A stretch of 64,000 nucleotides of DNA from Eledone cirrhosa (GCA_964016885.1 OZ024741.1:238390001-238454000); one strand, 5' to 3'; shown: positions 13,045 through 25,601, counted from the stretch's first letter. The notes: generated by a model from the letters alone, not told the origin. Made by a program: numbers and translations.

Positions 13045-13139
13045 CATATATATATACATACATATATATATATATACATATATATATACATACATATATA
13101 TACATATATATATATACATACATATATACATATATATAT
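11830..13139. repeat. ~1.3-kb compound (TA)n/(TACA)/(TACC) microsatellite
   Basis: Seen directly; source of the YI-repeat ORFs. Confidence 0.98.
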
Positions 13140-15732
13140 GCTCTTTTACCTGTTCCAGCCATCTCACTGAGACCATGCTGGGGCTCCGCCCTTGTTGCTA
13201 CACATTTTATCTCCAGCCTGTATTGGTTGGCTACTTGTGCAAGAGGGAGTTCATTGCTGCTGCTCTTAGGTTTCCCTTGTGCCTTGCTGTGGGCTCATCT
13301 GGGATCCTGGATAGCAAGGTGTCGAGATGTTTCTTGAAGACATCCACATCCACACGATGCAGATCTCTCAGATCCCTCGGCAGCTTGTTGAAGAGTTGAG
13401 GGTTCTTGAACCCCAGGCTATTGCAATATTTGGTCTTATGTGGAAGACGGGACCTTTGGCACCACACAGTGACATCCTGTTCAATGGTTGGTCCAGCTCC
13501 CAATGCCAAAGTTTTGGCGCTAGTCCCTCCAGGATTTTCCCCATGTAGATCACGGCGTATCTCTCCCGTCTTTGTTCCAAGGAGTAGAGGTTCAGTTCTT
13601 TTATCCTCTCCCAGTAGTTTATCTCCTACATCGTCGCAATCCTCTTGGTGTAGCTTCGCTGGATTGCCTCAAGCTCCGTGGTTAGTTTGACACTATGGGG
13701 TGACAACAACTGGGAGCAATAGTCCAGGCGGCTTAGGACAAATGCGTCTATAGTGTCAACATGGTGTCTCGGTTTCTTGTCCGGAAAGTCCTCAAGATCC
13801 AGCCAGCGAGTCATCTGCACATTGTCGCCACTTTCATGATGTGTGAGGAAAAAGATGCATCGTCGCTCATGTCTATACCCAGGTCTCGTACCGATTTCAA
13901 CACGGGAATATCGGTTCCTCCTAGTCTGGCATAACTGTGTTGTACTGTATTTGTGTTTGCAGGTTTGTATTGTAGAGCTTGGAATTTGCCAGCATTAAAC
14001 TACCTCTTGCACCAGTAGCCAACCAATACAGGCTGGAAATAAAATGTGTAGCAACAAGGGTGAAGCCCCAACATGGCCTCAACCAGATGGCTGGAACAGG
14101 TAAAAGAGTATATATATATATGTATATATATATGTATGTATATATATATGTATATATTAAAATATGGCATCCATATCTTGTTGTAAAAAGGCAGCGTCAG
14201 CCGGGTTTTTGATTGCCTGTTCTACCTTAGTGTCATCAGCATAGCTAGCGAGAGATGTTGTATGTACTACAGTGGGCATGTCTGAGAGAGCCACCAAAAA
14301 TAGTAGTGGTCCCAGGACTGTGCCTTGGGGCACCACACTTGTTATTGATGTTTCCTTTGAGAGGGCCCTGTTTGCTGCAACTGTCTGACTTCTGTCCTTT
14401 AAGAAGTCATGCAGCCACTCACCTACTTTTCCAGTTAAGCTGAGTCTGTGTAGTTTGTGACATATCATTCCATGGTCGACCTTGTCAAAGGCCTTTGCAA
14501 AGTCAAGATATATCATGTCCACATGTGCGCTGTCTAGCAGTTGTTTCAGTACTCAGTCGTAGTGATGTAGCAGCTGTGTAAGGCAGCTTCTTCCTGGGCG
14601 AAAGCCATGCTGCGTGCTAGTCAGCGGTCATTTTCCTCAAGGAAAGTGATCAGTTTCTTTCTGATGATTCGCTCCATGACCTTACTGATATGTAATGTCA
14701 GGGAGACTGGCCTATAGTTTTTGGCCTCCGCTCTGCTACCTCCTTTATGGATAGGGCATATTGTGCCTTCTTTCAGCTCCCCGGGTAGTCTACCACTAGC
14801 CAAGGAGCTTCTGAAGAGCGTCATCAGTGGAGTTGCTAAGGCCCACTTACATGTTTTTAAGAGGACTGCTGGGAAACCATCAGGTCCAGCAGCTGAATCT
14901 GTTCTAATTTCATCTATGGCGTACACCACATCCTCCTCCATTATGTCTATGTGGTTGATGGTCACCATTTCTTCATGGAGTGTTGTGCCATCAAAGAAAT
15001 CCTCTGGCTTTGTTATTTGCATGTGCCTCAGTGGACATGTGAACACACTTTTGTACTGTTCGTTCAGTATTTCACTTATTTCTTGGGGATTCTCAGTTAA
15101 TGAACCGTCTTTATGGAAGAGTGGCACAATGTACCGAGGCAGTCTCTTTTGCAAATTTAAAGAAGGCTTTAGGGTATTGTTTTAATATTTTCTATGGCCT
15201 GCTTTCTTTCTTTGCCCTGTCATTTTCATGGGAAAGTTTGAGTGCAATCTCGATGTCAAGTAGTGCACGTTTCAAATAGGATTCATTCTTGTATTTGTTT
15301 TCTTGTTCTGCATTCAACTGGTTTGAGAGGTTAGTTCTACGTCTCATAAGGATTTTCCTATCTCTGGGAATAAGATTTTTGTGTCTGTTGGCCTTTTTCT
15401 CTGGGACAAACTTTTGGAATATAGTTTGTATCGTTGTCATGAAGTGTTGAAAATGTGTGTTGGTGTCTTTTGTGGTGATATTGTCGCTCCATATTTGCTT
15501 CCGGATTTCTCTCTTGATCTTTTTCCAGTTAGCCTTGTAGAAGTTAAGGCAGGATAAGGTCCTGGTGCTTCTTGATGGTTGTGTCTCTGTTGGTTTTCTC
15601 GGACCACACATCATTAGTTCTACTAAATTATGATCCGAGAAAATTGTTGGTGTCACCTTTACATCGTGGATGAGCACTGCATTGTTTGAACACACTTTTG
15701 TACTGTTCGTTCAGTATTTCACTTATCTCTTG
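13140..15732 (-). mobile_element. 5'-truncated CR1/L2-group LINE (end of endonuclease, RT, 3' end), frameshifted
   Basis: ORF pieces read FSDHNLV, NYRPVSLT, YLDFAKAFDKVDH, VPQGTVLGPLLF, YADDTK, SRLDYC and LFNKLP; 3' end abuts (TA)n. Confidence 0.93.
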
Positions 15733-16049
15733 CAAGTATTGAAAAGCAGAAGTGAGATGATGATTGGAATCATACATCTTGCATAAAAATTATCATTATA
15801 TATATATATATATATAATGTAAACAATCATTATATAATGAAAAAAAGAACATAACAAATATCTGTTGCAAGTTATGTTTCCCATTTAATTATTATTAAGA
15901 ATATAGAAACTTGATTTGCATACATTTGTGTAAACTGCAAGTAACTAAATCTTATATTAAAAATCTAAAAATAGTAGATCAAATTTTTTTAATTCATAAG
16001 ATATTTTTACTGTGATTTACAGTTATGTCAATATTATATTACAGAGAGA

Positions 16050-16730
16050 TCATTATCATCGTTTAACCTTCCACGCTAGTATGGGTTTGGACGGGAATTG
16101 TCCCACTTGAGGCAAGATTGGTTGTCTTGCTCATATAGGACTGTCTGGCAGGTTTTCTATGGCTGGATGCCCTTTCTGATGCCAACCACGTTTGCGGTGA
16201 GGGCTGGGAGGTTTTTGCCGTGTTACCTATACGGCCACATTACAGCATGGACTGTGTTATTTGTCGTGACACCTACATGACCTCATTTATTTAGGACTGG
16301 ATGTTGTGATACCAACATAACTTTACAGAGAAAGGGGTGGTGTTGGTGGGGGGTTTGGGGTAGTGGGATGGGGGTGTATATTTGATTAAGAGGTGCCTAC
16401 TGACTGTAGGTTTCACTTTGTACTTAGGCAAGGCGGGTTTTCTGTATTACTGTGTAGCGCCAAAGATCTCGGTCCAGTGACATTGTGTTAGAGAGGTGTA
16501 AGTGTGTAAGGTCTGAATTTATCAAATCATCCCAGGTTTTTCTGGGTCTGCCTACTCCGTAACTTCCATCAATTTTGATTGCCCTACACTTTTTTATACA
16601 GCTGTCGTCTTTCATGCGCATCACATGACCATACCAACGCAATCTTCTCTCGAATAAACAGCATCTGATCCCTCTTATACCTAATTTCTCACTTAGTTCA
16701 TTTATGCTTTGCTGTTCACGTATGCAGTTA
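16050..16730 (-). mobile_element. RTE LINE 3' fragment with 3'UTR and (ATG)n tail
   Basis: RRLRWYGHVMRM...GRPRKTW...KTRLA*. The same 3'UTR occurs at 31362, 41285 and 50138. Confidence 0.88.
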
Positions 16731-17411
16731 TATATTAAAACTACGTTTGCAGCAATATGCATCTTTATGTATATAATGTTGTATTGATTTAAATACATTG
16801 GAAAACGTGTATTAATGTCTTAATTAAAAATAAAAGCGATGATTAAATGTGAAAATATTTGTATTTTTAAACATGACCATCTTGATATAAATCTGTTAGT
16901 GAAACGAATGAAAGACATACAATAAACAATGAAAATCATAATTAGAAGTATTTCACAGAGAAACTTGATACTAAGTGCAATTGTATTATTACCTTTACAT
17001 TTTGAATTATGTACTAGCAGTCTAAATCTGATGTATATTTCTGTAATTAATATTCTATTTAAATGGAGAGAAATATTAAAGATATTAATAATATTATCAG
17101 TTTAAACTCACTTATGAATATAATATAATAACATTATGAATTATAGCAATATATATGAAATTGTATACTTAAAAATAATCAATTGACAGATCAGTATTTG
17201 CATCATTTAAATATATCTTTCTTCTCAAAGTAACTATACTGCTGTAGTAGTAATTGCTCTTAGTAATGGCTATATCATTGTCTGGCTCTCCATTTTCTAA
17301 ATTGTATATATTCTCATGAAATACACTTTTATTTATGTTTGTCATATCTCAATATGAAATATATATATTACCAAAATATTTAATATAAAATTCCAATGTA
17401 AAGAGACTTAC

Positions 17412-17558
17412 CTGCATGGTTTAATCCTTTGTCTGTGTCTCTTACAGAAGACATTTATTCTGACGTAGTGTTCCAGTGTAACTGCTGCTGTAGTAGTGTG
17501 ACAATGGCAGTATCTTGATGATGTAGATTTGTGAGTCATAGTGGGAGCCAACTACACT
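17412..17558 (-). promoter_or_regulatory. Conserved putative promoter / non-coding first exon of g1
   Basis: Near-identical block once per unit; perfect AG|GTAAGT donor; no upstream polypyrimidine acceptor; contains TGACTCA and a TGACGT half-site. Confidence 0.65.
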
Positions 17559-18382
17559 CCGGAAGATTTGTTTACATCTGCTTATTGTGTTTATTAATTA
17601 TATTTAAATAATGACTAAAATATCTAATAATGAATTTTGCAATAAATATCTCTAATTCATATTAAATTACCTTTATATATATATACCTCTTATATGCAGA
17701 TGCGCACAGCACACTAATATATGTGCACACACATGTACATGTGCAGAATATTGCACTAGGGAAAACATTAATTTCTAACCTCAGTTGCAATTTTATAAGA
17801 CATATTGCAAAGGATAAAACTTTATAATATTTAGATTAAACAATAGATAATATGGCTGAATGCCTAAAAATATATTGTTTTATTTTTCATTGATGATTTG
17901 AATAACAATTCTAATACATTAACTCATATTTTAATTCTTGGAATAATATATTTATTAAAGTAAATTGATTAATAAGTGGTAGAAATGGTAGATAGTTCGA
18001 CCAAATTGTTCTTCGTATGTTTTTTTTTTAATTATTGCTAATTATATTAGACTAAAACCCCATCTCTCCTTCTTCTATTGACACCAGTAATATACTAGTG
18101 AGAATTCAATATATTACACCACAATATATGAGGAATTCGGTTTAGTGAATGAGCAAAATAAAGTAGTGAATACTTTGAATTTGAATAACCTAATTTCTTT
18201 ACTCTTAAGATTTAATGCAAATATATATATTTTTAACAATATTCAAATTAGTTATATGTTTGCTGATTAAATATCTTTTTTTTAACAGAAAAGACATGTT
18301 CTATTTCTTTATCAATCTTAATACTTAAAATATGTGTTAATCTTCAGGAGTAAGTATTGTAGCTCTCTTAGCTTTGAGTTTA

Positions 18383-18471
18383 CTATGTTTTATATACTGG
18401 TTCTAAATATGTATCTTGCTCATGTTCACCTTTTGGTGTTGGTGGTATATTTGGTGTGTAGTTACTGTATT
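18383..18471 (-). CDS. PCDH: Protocadherin g2 terminal coding exon (EYSNYTPNIPPTPKGEHEQDTYLEPVYKT*)
   Basis: ttttccag|AA TAC acceptor completes the phase-1 codon; 89 nt to the stop in every copy. Confidence 0.8.
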
Positions 18472-18743
18472 CTGGAAAATAGATAAATACATTATAAATA
18501 ATATTTGAAAGGATAGTTCTTAGTATATTATATTTATGAAAATGAAAGAAAATGCTTTTTTCTAAACCAATACAACATTATTGAATTATTTTTTTTTAGT
18601 TTCATTTACATGTGATGTTTACCTAATTATATTAACATACATCTGTTTAAATAGTTTAGTTTATGAAACACTTTTATATTAGCATAAATATTACTTAATG
18701 TTCTGTTATAATTGCACTAATGAATTTATGAAATTTATAAAAT

Positions 18744-19843
18744 AGAGAAAACTATATAGGTACTAAGTTGGTTGACAAGGTTATGAAGGTCACTGAAAGA
18801 GTCTTAGCTCAGCTGATTAGAGACCGTGTTAATATAGATGAGATGCAGTTTGGATTTGTCCCAAGTAAGAGTACTACAGATGCCCTCATCCTTGTAAGAC
18901 AACTGCAGGAGAAGTACCTAGATAGAGTAAGCCCCTCTATTTGGCTTTTGTCGACCTTGAGGAAACTTTTGACAGAGTCCCCCATTCTATTATCTGGTGG
19001 GATCTTAGGAAACAAGGAGTTGACAAATGGCTCATGGGGGCAGTTCAAGCAATGTATAGAAGAACAGCCAGTAAGGTTAGAATTAACAATGACTATAGCA
19101 AATAATTTAGCATGCAGGTTGGTGTCTATCAGGGCTTTGTTCTTAGCCCTCTTCTGTTTATCATCGTTCTGCAGGCAATAACAGAGGAGTTTAAGACCGG
19201 CTGCCCATGGGAACTTTGTATGCTGATGACCTAACCGTTATAGCCGAATCTATAGCTGAACTAGAGATGAAATTCCAAACCTGGAAGCAAGGCCTAGAAT
19301 CAAAAGGTCTTAAAATCAATCCGGCAAAGACTAAAGTCCTAGTAAGTAGTAGGGATAACAGGGCACAGGGAAATGGTTCTGCTCAGTGTGCAGAAAAGGA
19401 GTATGTAGAAATTCCATTCTATGTACCAAATGCAAGTAATGCGTACACAAAAGATGTAGTGGGATCTCAGGCAAGCTAATAAATGTTGTAGGTTTTACTT
19501 GTGGCAGGTGCACAGGGGCAGTAAGTAGCAAGAACCCTCAGGATACAACCACCTTCAAATGCTCAGATGGTTCGGTTGAAGTGATAGATAGTTTCTGTTT
19601 CCTGGGTGACTAAATCCACTGTAAAGTGGACGTGTACAAGGCACGGCAAAAAGCACCCAGCACACACTGTCAATGTGGTTGGCATTAGGAATGGCATCCA
19701 GCCATAGAAAACAAGCCAGAAACTCTCCTATATGAGCGAGACATGGCCACCTGACCCAACTTGCCTCTAATAGGGACAAACCCGTCTAACTCATGATAGC
19801 GGAGAAGATAGACGTTAATCAACGATGATGGTGATGATGATGA
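18744..19843 (+). mobile_element. RTE LINE fragment in g2 intron 3
   Basis: QFGFVP, STTDA and YADDL motifs; (GAT)n tail ends ~18 bp from the exon donor; absent at the equivalent g3 site. Confidence 0.88.
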
Positions 19844-19861
19844 ATTAATATCCACTATTAC

Positions 19862-20009
19862 CTGATGTTTGATGTGTAATATCTCCTTCACTCCAACCAC
19901 GTTTATGTTCTCTTTGAGATGGTAATGTATCACTTAGGTTGTTTGATGTCACAATACTGCTGTTGTCACCTTGCTCACAAGATGCATCTGAAATCTGCTT
20001 ATTATAGAT
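19862..20009 (-). CDS. PCDH: Protocadherin g2 cytoplasmic exon
   Basis: 148 nt, canonical AG/GT boundaries, open frame. Confidence 0.88.
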
Positions 20010-20226
20010 CTGTCATGAAACAAAGATTTAGATTTAGACACACATTTCTATGAAGTATGTTTTACATCTTACCATCAATGTCACAAGTGAATATATACAA
20101 GAAAATAATATTATGACTATATATGGCATTAAAATAGCTGAACATCAATGACAATCTCTGTATTTAGATGAAATGGGAAAATTGAAACTAAGCTCCAGAT
20201 ATCTGGTGACTACTACTAACTATAAT

Positions 20227-20408
20227 TGTTTCTACTTTTGGCACAAGGCCAGCAATTACCCAGTGCATTACTGGTACTTTATTTTATCGACCCTGTAAGG
20301 ATGAAAGGCAAAGTTAACCTGAGCGGGATTTGCACTCAGAATGGCAAGGGCCGTAACTCTATGCATCAAAGGATGGCGTCAGACACTCTACTGATACTGC
20401 CAATGCAC
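20227..20408 (-). mobile_element. SINE family A in g2 intron 2
   Basis: Matches 6398-6582; possible short TSD ctataat. Confidence 0.85.
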
Positions 20409-20698
20409 CTATAATGTCAAAGTGTCATCTTAGCAAATGTTAGGTAAATCTTATTGCTGCTAACTGTATCAATTTTTAATGGGATTTGGCAAAAGTATTG
20501 GTGATTATAGCTGTGAGGTTTGAAAACTGAATACCATTTAGCTGTTTTCAGAATCTCTGGTATTTGCTACAATAAATGCATTTAAAATGAATTTTGCTAT
20601 TATTATAACAAATTATTTGAAAACAAGAAACAAATAAATATAGTAAAATGTAAAAAAGTAACAATAATATTTAAAAGTGGGATTTATTGCAAAGGTAC

Positions 20699-23101
20699 CT
20701 GTTGTGGAACTGGCGGAAGTCTTCTGGGTGTTGTTGAGAATTTCCATTCATTAGTTAACTGCTCCATCTCTGGATAATATGGACTTTTAGGGTTTATTGA
20801 CTGAAGATTTCTAGCAAATATGTCGTCTGCATTTCTGGTTATTGCAACAGGATTGTTGGTGTGATACAGTATTTGTCTCATCTCAGTCGGAGATAGGAAT
20901 TTTGGATTATCTGTTGTTGTAGGTGAGTTATTGGTGTGATTAATACATCTGAAAACACACAGTGTTATTGACACTACAATAGCCACAGATATTATTACAG
21001 CTGCTGCTACAATGATAATTACCCAAGTCATATTGAGGTTGTTACCAGTCTGTAAGTGGACAGCATTCAACATTGGAGATGTATCATTACTAACAAACAA
21101 TGTTAGTATGATATCAGTTGTTGCTGATTGAACTGGAGTACCACCATCTTTCACTATAAACTGTAGGTCATATGTTCCTGCATCATTTTGGTAAACTGCC
21201 CGAGAGAAAGATAAGACACCAGTATGGGAGTTGACTGTAAACAGGTTTTTATCATTAGATCTCAGTATTCCATATGTGAGGAAAGCATTGTTTCCAGTGT
21301 CTTTGTCAGAGGCTTTCAGAATTGTGATATCTTTCTTACTGTGTGGATCATAGTGTACATCTAGATTGTAAGGGTCATTAATAGGAAAGGTTAAATAGGG
21401 AGCATTATCATTTTTATCTAGAATCTCAATAACAATATTGGCAGTGTTATTCAGAGAAGGTGTTCCATTATCTTTGACTAAAATCTGGAAGTTATAGATG
21501 TCTTTCACTTCCCGATCTATTGATTGTGATGTAGAAATAAATCCATATTTTGTAAGTTGGAAAGGAATGTTATCATTGTTGTTATCATTGATGATAGAAT
21601 ATGTAAGCTGACCTCCATCTTCAAGATCAGGGTCTGTAGCATTGATGAAGCCAATAGGGAAGTCAACTTTCTGGTTTTCATAGGTGAGGAATTGGAATGT
21701 ATCTTTGGTAAAATGTGGCTGTACATCATTAACATCAGTTACTTTGACAGAGAATTGTTTCTTAGTCTTTAACTGAGGTGATCCCATGTCATGACATACA
21801 ATAGATACAACATAGTGGTCTATAGTTTCTCTATCAAGAGGTTCTTTCACCAATATTTTATATTCTTTAGAACCCATGTTAGAAAGTTGAAACATTTTAT
21901 GGTGAATATTACATTTAATTTGTCCATTAGGACCACTATCAGTATCAATGACCATAACATAAGCTATAAAACTCCCAATTTTACTTGCTTCTGAAATAGC
22001 AGTAGAGGTTTCTGTTAAAGGAGACACAAAATCTATATTTATATTTGGAGCATTATTTTGGTTGTTAATTACATTAATAATTAACATTGCCATAGAGCTC
22101 AATGAAGGAATTCCTCCATCCCTGGCTTCAATGTACAGTTGGTATTTACTTTCTCTATTTCGAAAGAAATCTTCAGTGGTGAAAATTTCTCCAGATTTAG
22201 GATTTAATTTGAAATGTTTCTTGGCATGTTTATTTGTATTTCTATGTAAATAGTAAGTAATATTTCCATTTTGGCCAGAATCTTTGTCTGTAGCTGATAA
22301 AACAAACGCAGGTGAAGATATGTGATGTGTATCACTGATGGTGATATTGTATGTTTGTTGAGAAAATTTTGGTTGATTATCATTGACATCTGTAACAGAT
22401 ATTTCTATGTTAAGAATTCCTTGTTTTGGTGGTGAACCTCCATCTTTAGCCACCAACTGTAACATATAAGTGTCCCTTTCTTCTCTGTCTAACACTCCTG
22501 CTAAGGCTATTTTAAGTAGATTTCTTCCATCAAATCCTTTAAACATAGACAGTGAGAATTTCTTACTTTTATCTTTGAGTTTATATGTGATGTTAGAATT
22601 GGAAACACCAATGTCTTTATCAACAGCATTTGGTATTGATTTTGTTGAGCCTTTTCCATCTGTTTCATCAAACTGTAATTGTATTTGTTTTTGTGGAAAC
22701 TCTGGCTGATGGTCATTAATATCTTCTATGAATATTTTAATCTTCAATATCTTCATAAATGTTTCTGATTTTCTTACTGCTACTTTAACAATTCTGGAAC
22801 ATTCCTTGTTATATGTACACAGAGACTCAGCATCCAGTGTCTGTGTAGTGTATAGTTTTCCTGTGTTTGTGACATTGAATAAGTGAGAACCACTTGACAC
22901 TGTTCTTTGTAGTTGTGTAAATGTAATGAGAGTGTGTTGTTGATGTGTAAGAGAGTGTGTTAAGTTAGAATCAACAGCAATGTCTCCTATATAGGTGTGA
23001 GGACTGTCTTCTTCATTGACATGATAAATAAGATCTAAGGACACAACAGAATACATCAGTCCACAGAGAAGGGAAAACTGCAGGGTGTTGCTTATAATCA
23101 T
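20699..23101 (-). CDS. PCDH: Protocadherin g2 large exon
   Basis: 805-aa ORF, 6 EC plus TM; acceptor at 23141-23142; donor CAG|gtacct. Confidence 0.96.
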
Positions 23102-23266
23102 TGTTGCAATTCATTATTCTTCATGAATATATTTCTAAATCTAAAAAGAAAATAGAGCAATTCAGATTACTTTATCAAAATCCCATTATATGATCCTATA
23201 GACACATTTTTATAACCAGCACATCAAATCTTTCATTCTACATCATCAATAATGTCTTGAAATCGT

Positions 23267-23309
23267 GTGTAACATTGTGTAACATTGTGTAACATTGTGT
23301 AACATTGTG
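23267..23309. repeat. 10-bp tandem repeat (aacattgtgt)x4
   Basis: Seen directly. Confidence 0.9.
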
Positions 23310-24043
23310 ATATAATGAGACGTTTTAATGGTTAGTGTATCAGAGACTCGGATAATTATAAAAATATTATATAAATTAAATTACTGCCAATGAAGATAAA
23401 CAGAGATTAAACTGAGAATGAGTTGCCTGTATGTCTAAATTAGAGATTTATTTGTGATAATACTAACATAGCAGGATTCATTATAAAGGCATATATGTGC
23501 CCATATATAATATTTTGGCATATAAGTGAACTTCAGCCATTGATTTATGCATTTCTCTCTCATTACAGTTTGTCAGCACTTACTTACAGTGGATCTTGCA
23601 CTACATGTAAATAAGCCTTGATGAAGAATAGTTTGCTTACAAAATCTATAAGATATTGTTTTCCATGCTTTAGCATCTGGGCATAAGTAAATGAGAGCTA
23701 GCAAATACTAAACACTTCATAAGTAATTTATAAATTAATCTTTATTGAAATGAAATTAGATTTTTCTAGAAGAATGGTACAAATGGGGGCCCGTCTACAG
23801 GCCAAAGTAGTTTAAATATATCAAACTGATTTCTATTCTGATTTGTTATATCATACACACTGCTATCTATCTTTGACATAGAAAGGGGAATTCAGAATAG
23901 TTTGATATATTTTTGTATAATTTGTGGTAATACGAAGTATGTTTTTGTAGAAAACAATTAAGTTCTCAGTCAGAAGTAGCAAACACTTTGATGCATGTTC
24001 CTAAATATTGGAAAAGTAATCCAAAGTTAATAAATATATATAT

Positions 24044-24231
24044 AGGGAAAACAGGCAGGACCACGACGGCTGAGCTCCAGCCATTTTGACAGCTGTTGAT
24101 CTAGCTATCAAAACGGCCGGAGCTCAGCCGTTGGGGTCCTGACTCTTTTCGCTATTACCTACTCTACTACCCTAAGTATCGAGTACTCTGGTGCATTATG
24201 GTCCACCTGGTATCTTATCACACCTTCTTTG
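24044..24231. mobile_element. Small GC-rich palindromic element (MITE-like) inserted in (TA)n
   Basis: caggaccacgacggctgagctccagccattttgacagc is mirrored by gctatcaaaacggccggagctcagccgttggggtcctg; TA tracts on both sides. Confidence 0.65.
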
Positions 24232-24269
<38 letters not shown>

Positions 24270-24329
24270 AGTCCAGTTTTGTTCAAATGTCCATTTATGT
24301 TGTATCTAGTCTCTAAGTCTAAAGTCTGT

Positions 24330-24601
24330 CTCAAGCCCGGAGACTCATTAGGCCAGTGCTTATCCTGGTTTCCATGGAGTTAAGTGACTGAGAGTACAAT
24401 ACTCCCCTCTGGACAGGATGCCAGACCTTCACAGGATTAAACTCCCAGCTATTGCTGGTACTCATTTTCAGTTGATTATACTGGAGCAGCATGAAATGAA
24501 GTGTTTTGCTCAAGAACACGACACACAACCCAGTCCAGGAATTGAACCCACAATGTTATGGTCATAAGTTCAACACCCTTACCACTAGGCCATGCACGTC
24601 C
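24330..24601 (-). mobile_element. tRNA-derived CORE-like SINE (family B)
   Basis: Minus strand has A/B-box-like head (tggcctagtggtaagg...ggttcaattcc) then ttgagcaaaacacttcatttcatgctgctccag...ctgaaaatgagtacc, resembling the CORE domain. Confidence 0.75.
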
Positions 24602-25601
24602 ATGTTGTATTTAGACATGAATACAATTTGTTTTTTATTCTTTATATGTAAGTTCGATATGATAACTCAGCAGAATTTAGTGATGGTATATTAAGAGATT
24701 TAACTGGGTGAAATTTGTCAAAATATGAAAAATTTTATCGAAATGTTTTCAGTATTTAACTGTTTCCAGATAAAATTACTCCTGGTAAAAGTGTAATAAT
24801 TTATCTTTAGGGATCTTTGGAATCATAGTTTGCGTACAGAATATAATATATATATATGCAAATATATATATAATAATCATATATTAAAAAAGAGAAGATA
24901 ATAACAAATATCTGTTGCAAGTGATGGTTCTAATTTAATGAGAGTGGAAAGTACAGAAACTTGAATTTGCTTATATTAATAGCTGAACACAATGTAACTG
25001 AAAATTTTAATAAAGTAATATGGATATGCTTTTTTTTTTACATTCAAAATATGTAAAAGTATCTAAAAGAAATAATCAATAGTGAATAACGTTTGTAATT
25101 TAAATCATGTATGTCTATCATTATTCTATTAGTGAAATAAAAGAAAGAATTCCAATAAAGAATCTAACCCAAGACTTTGAATCTCTTCACAGAGAAACTT
25201 ATTGTTGAATTAAATTATTTATTTTGAAATTTTGAATTATGTGTTTGCAGTTCTCATATGATTTAACATATATTTCTGTAAGTAAATCACTATTTAAATG
25301 AATATATTCATTATTTAAACAATATTACTATTGAAACTGAGACATAGAAATAGTATATTAAATAATATTACAATGAGATATATAAATACATATGAAGTTC
25401 ATAATTAAATATAGTAATATCTTTCCCAAGGTGATTATACTACTGCAGTAGTAATTGCACTTAGCAATGGCAACATCATTCTAAGGCTATCCACTTTCTT
25501 GTCTTTATATATTACCATGAAATACATCTGTTTATCATACTTCAGTTCCAAATATATATTAGCAAATATTGAATACGAAATTGCAATGTAATGAAACTTA
25601 C

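Noticed and set aside
11707-13337. Long YI/IY-repeat ORFs (up to 451 aa)
   Set aside because: Translations of the (TA)n microsatellite, which lacks stop codons.
17495-17515. CTCF site in the conserved module (gtgacaatggcagta)
   Set aside because: Only the GGCAGTA end fits; the 5' CC-rich half of the consensus is missing.
19862-20009. Single shared constant exons as in vertebrate Pcdh-alpha/gamma
   Set aside because: Every unit has its own cytoplasmic exons; a shared constant region outside the window cannot be excluded.
23267-23309. CRISPR-like array
   Set aside because: Simple 10-bp tandem repeat without spacers, in eukaryotic DNA.
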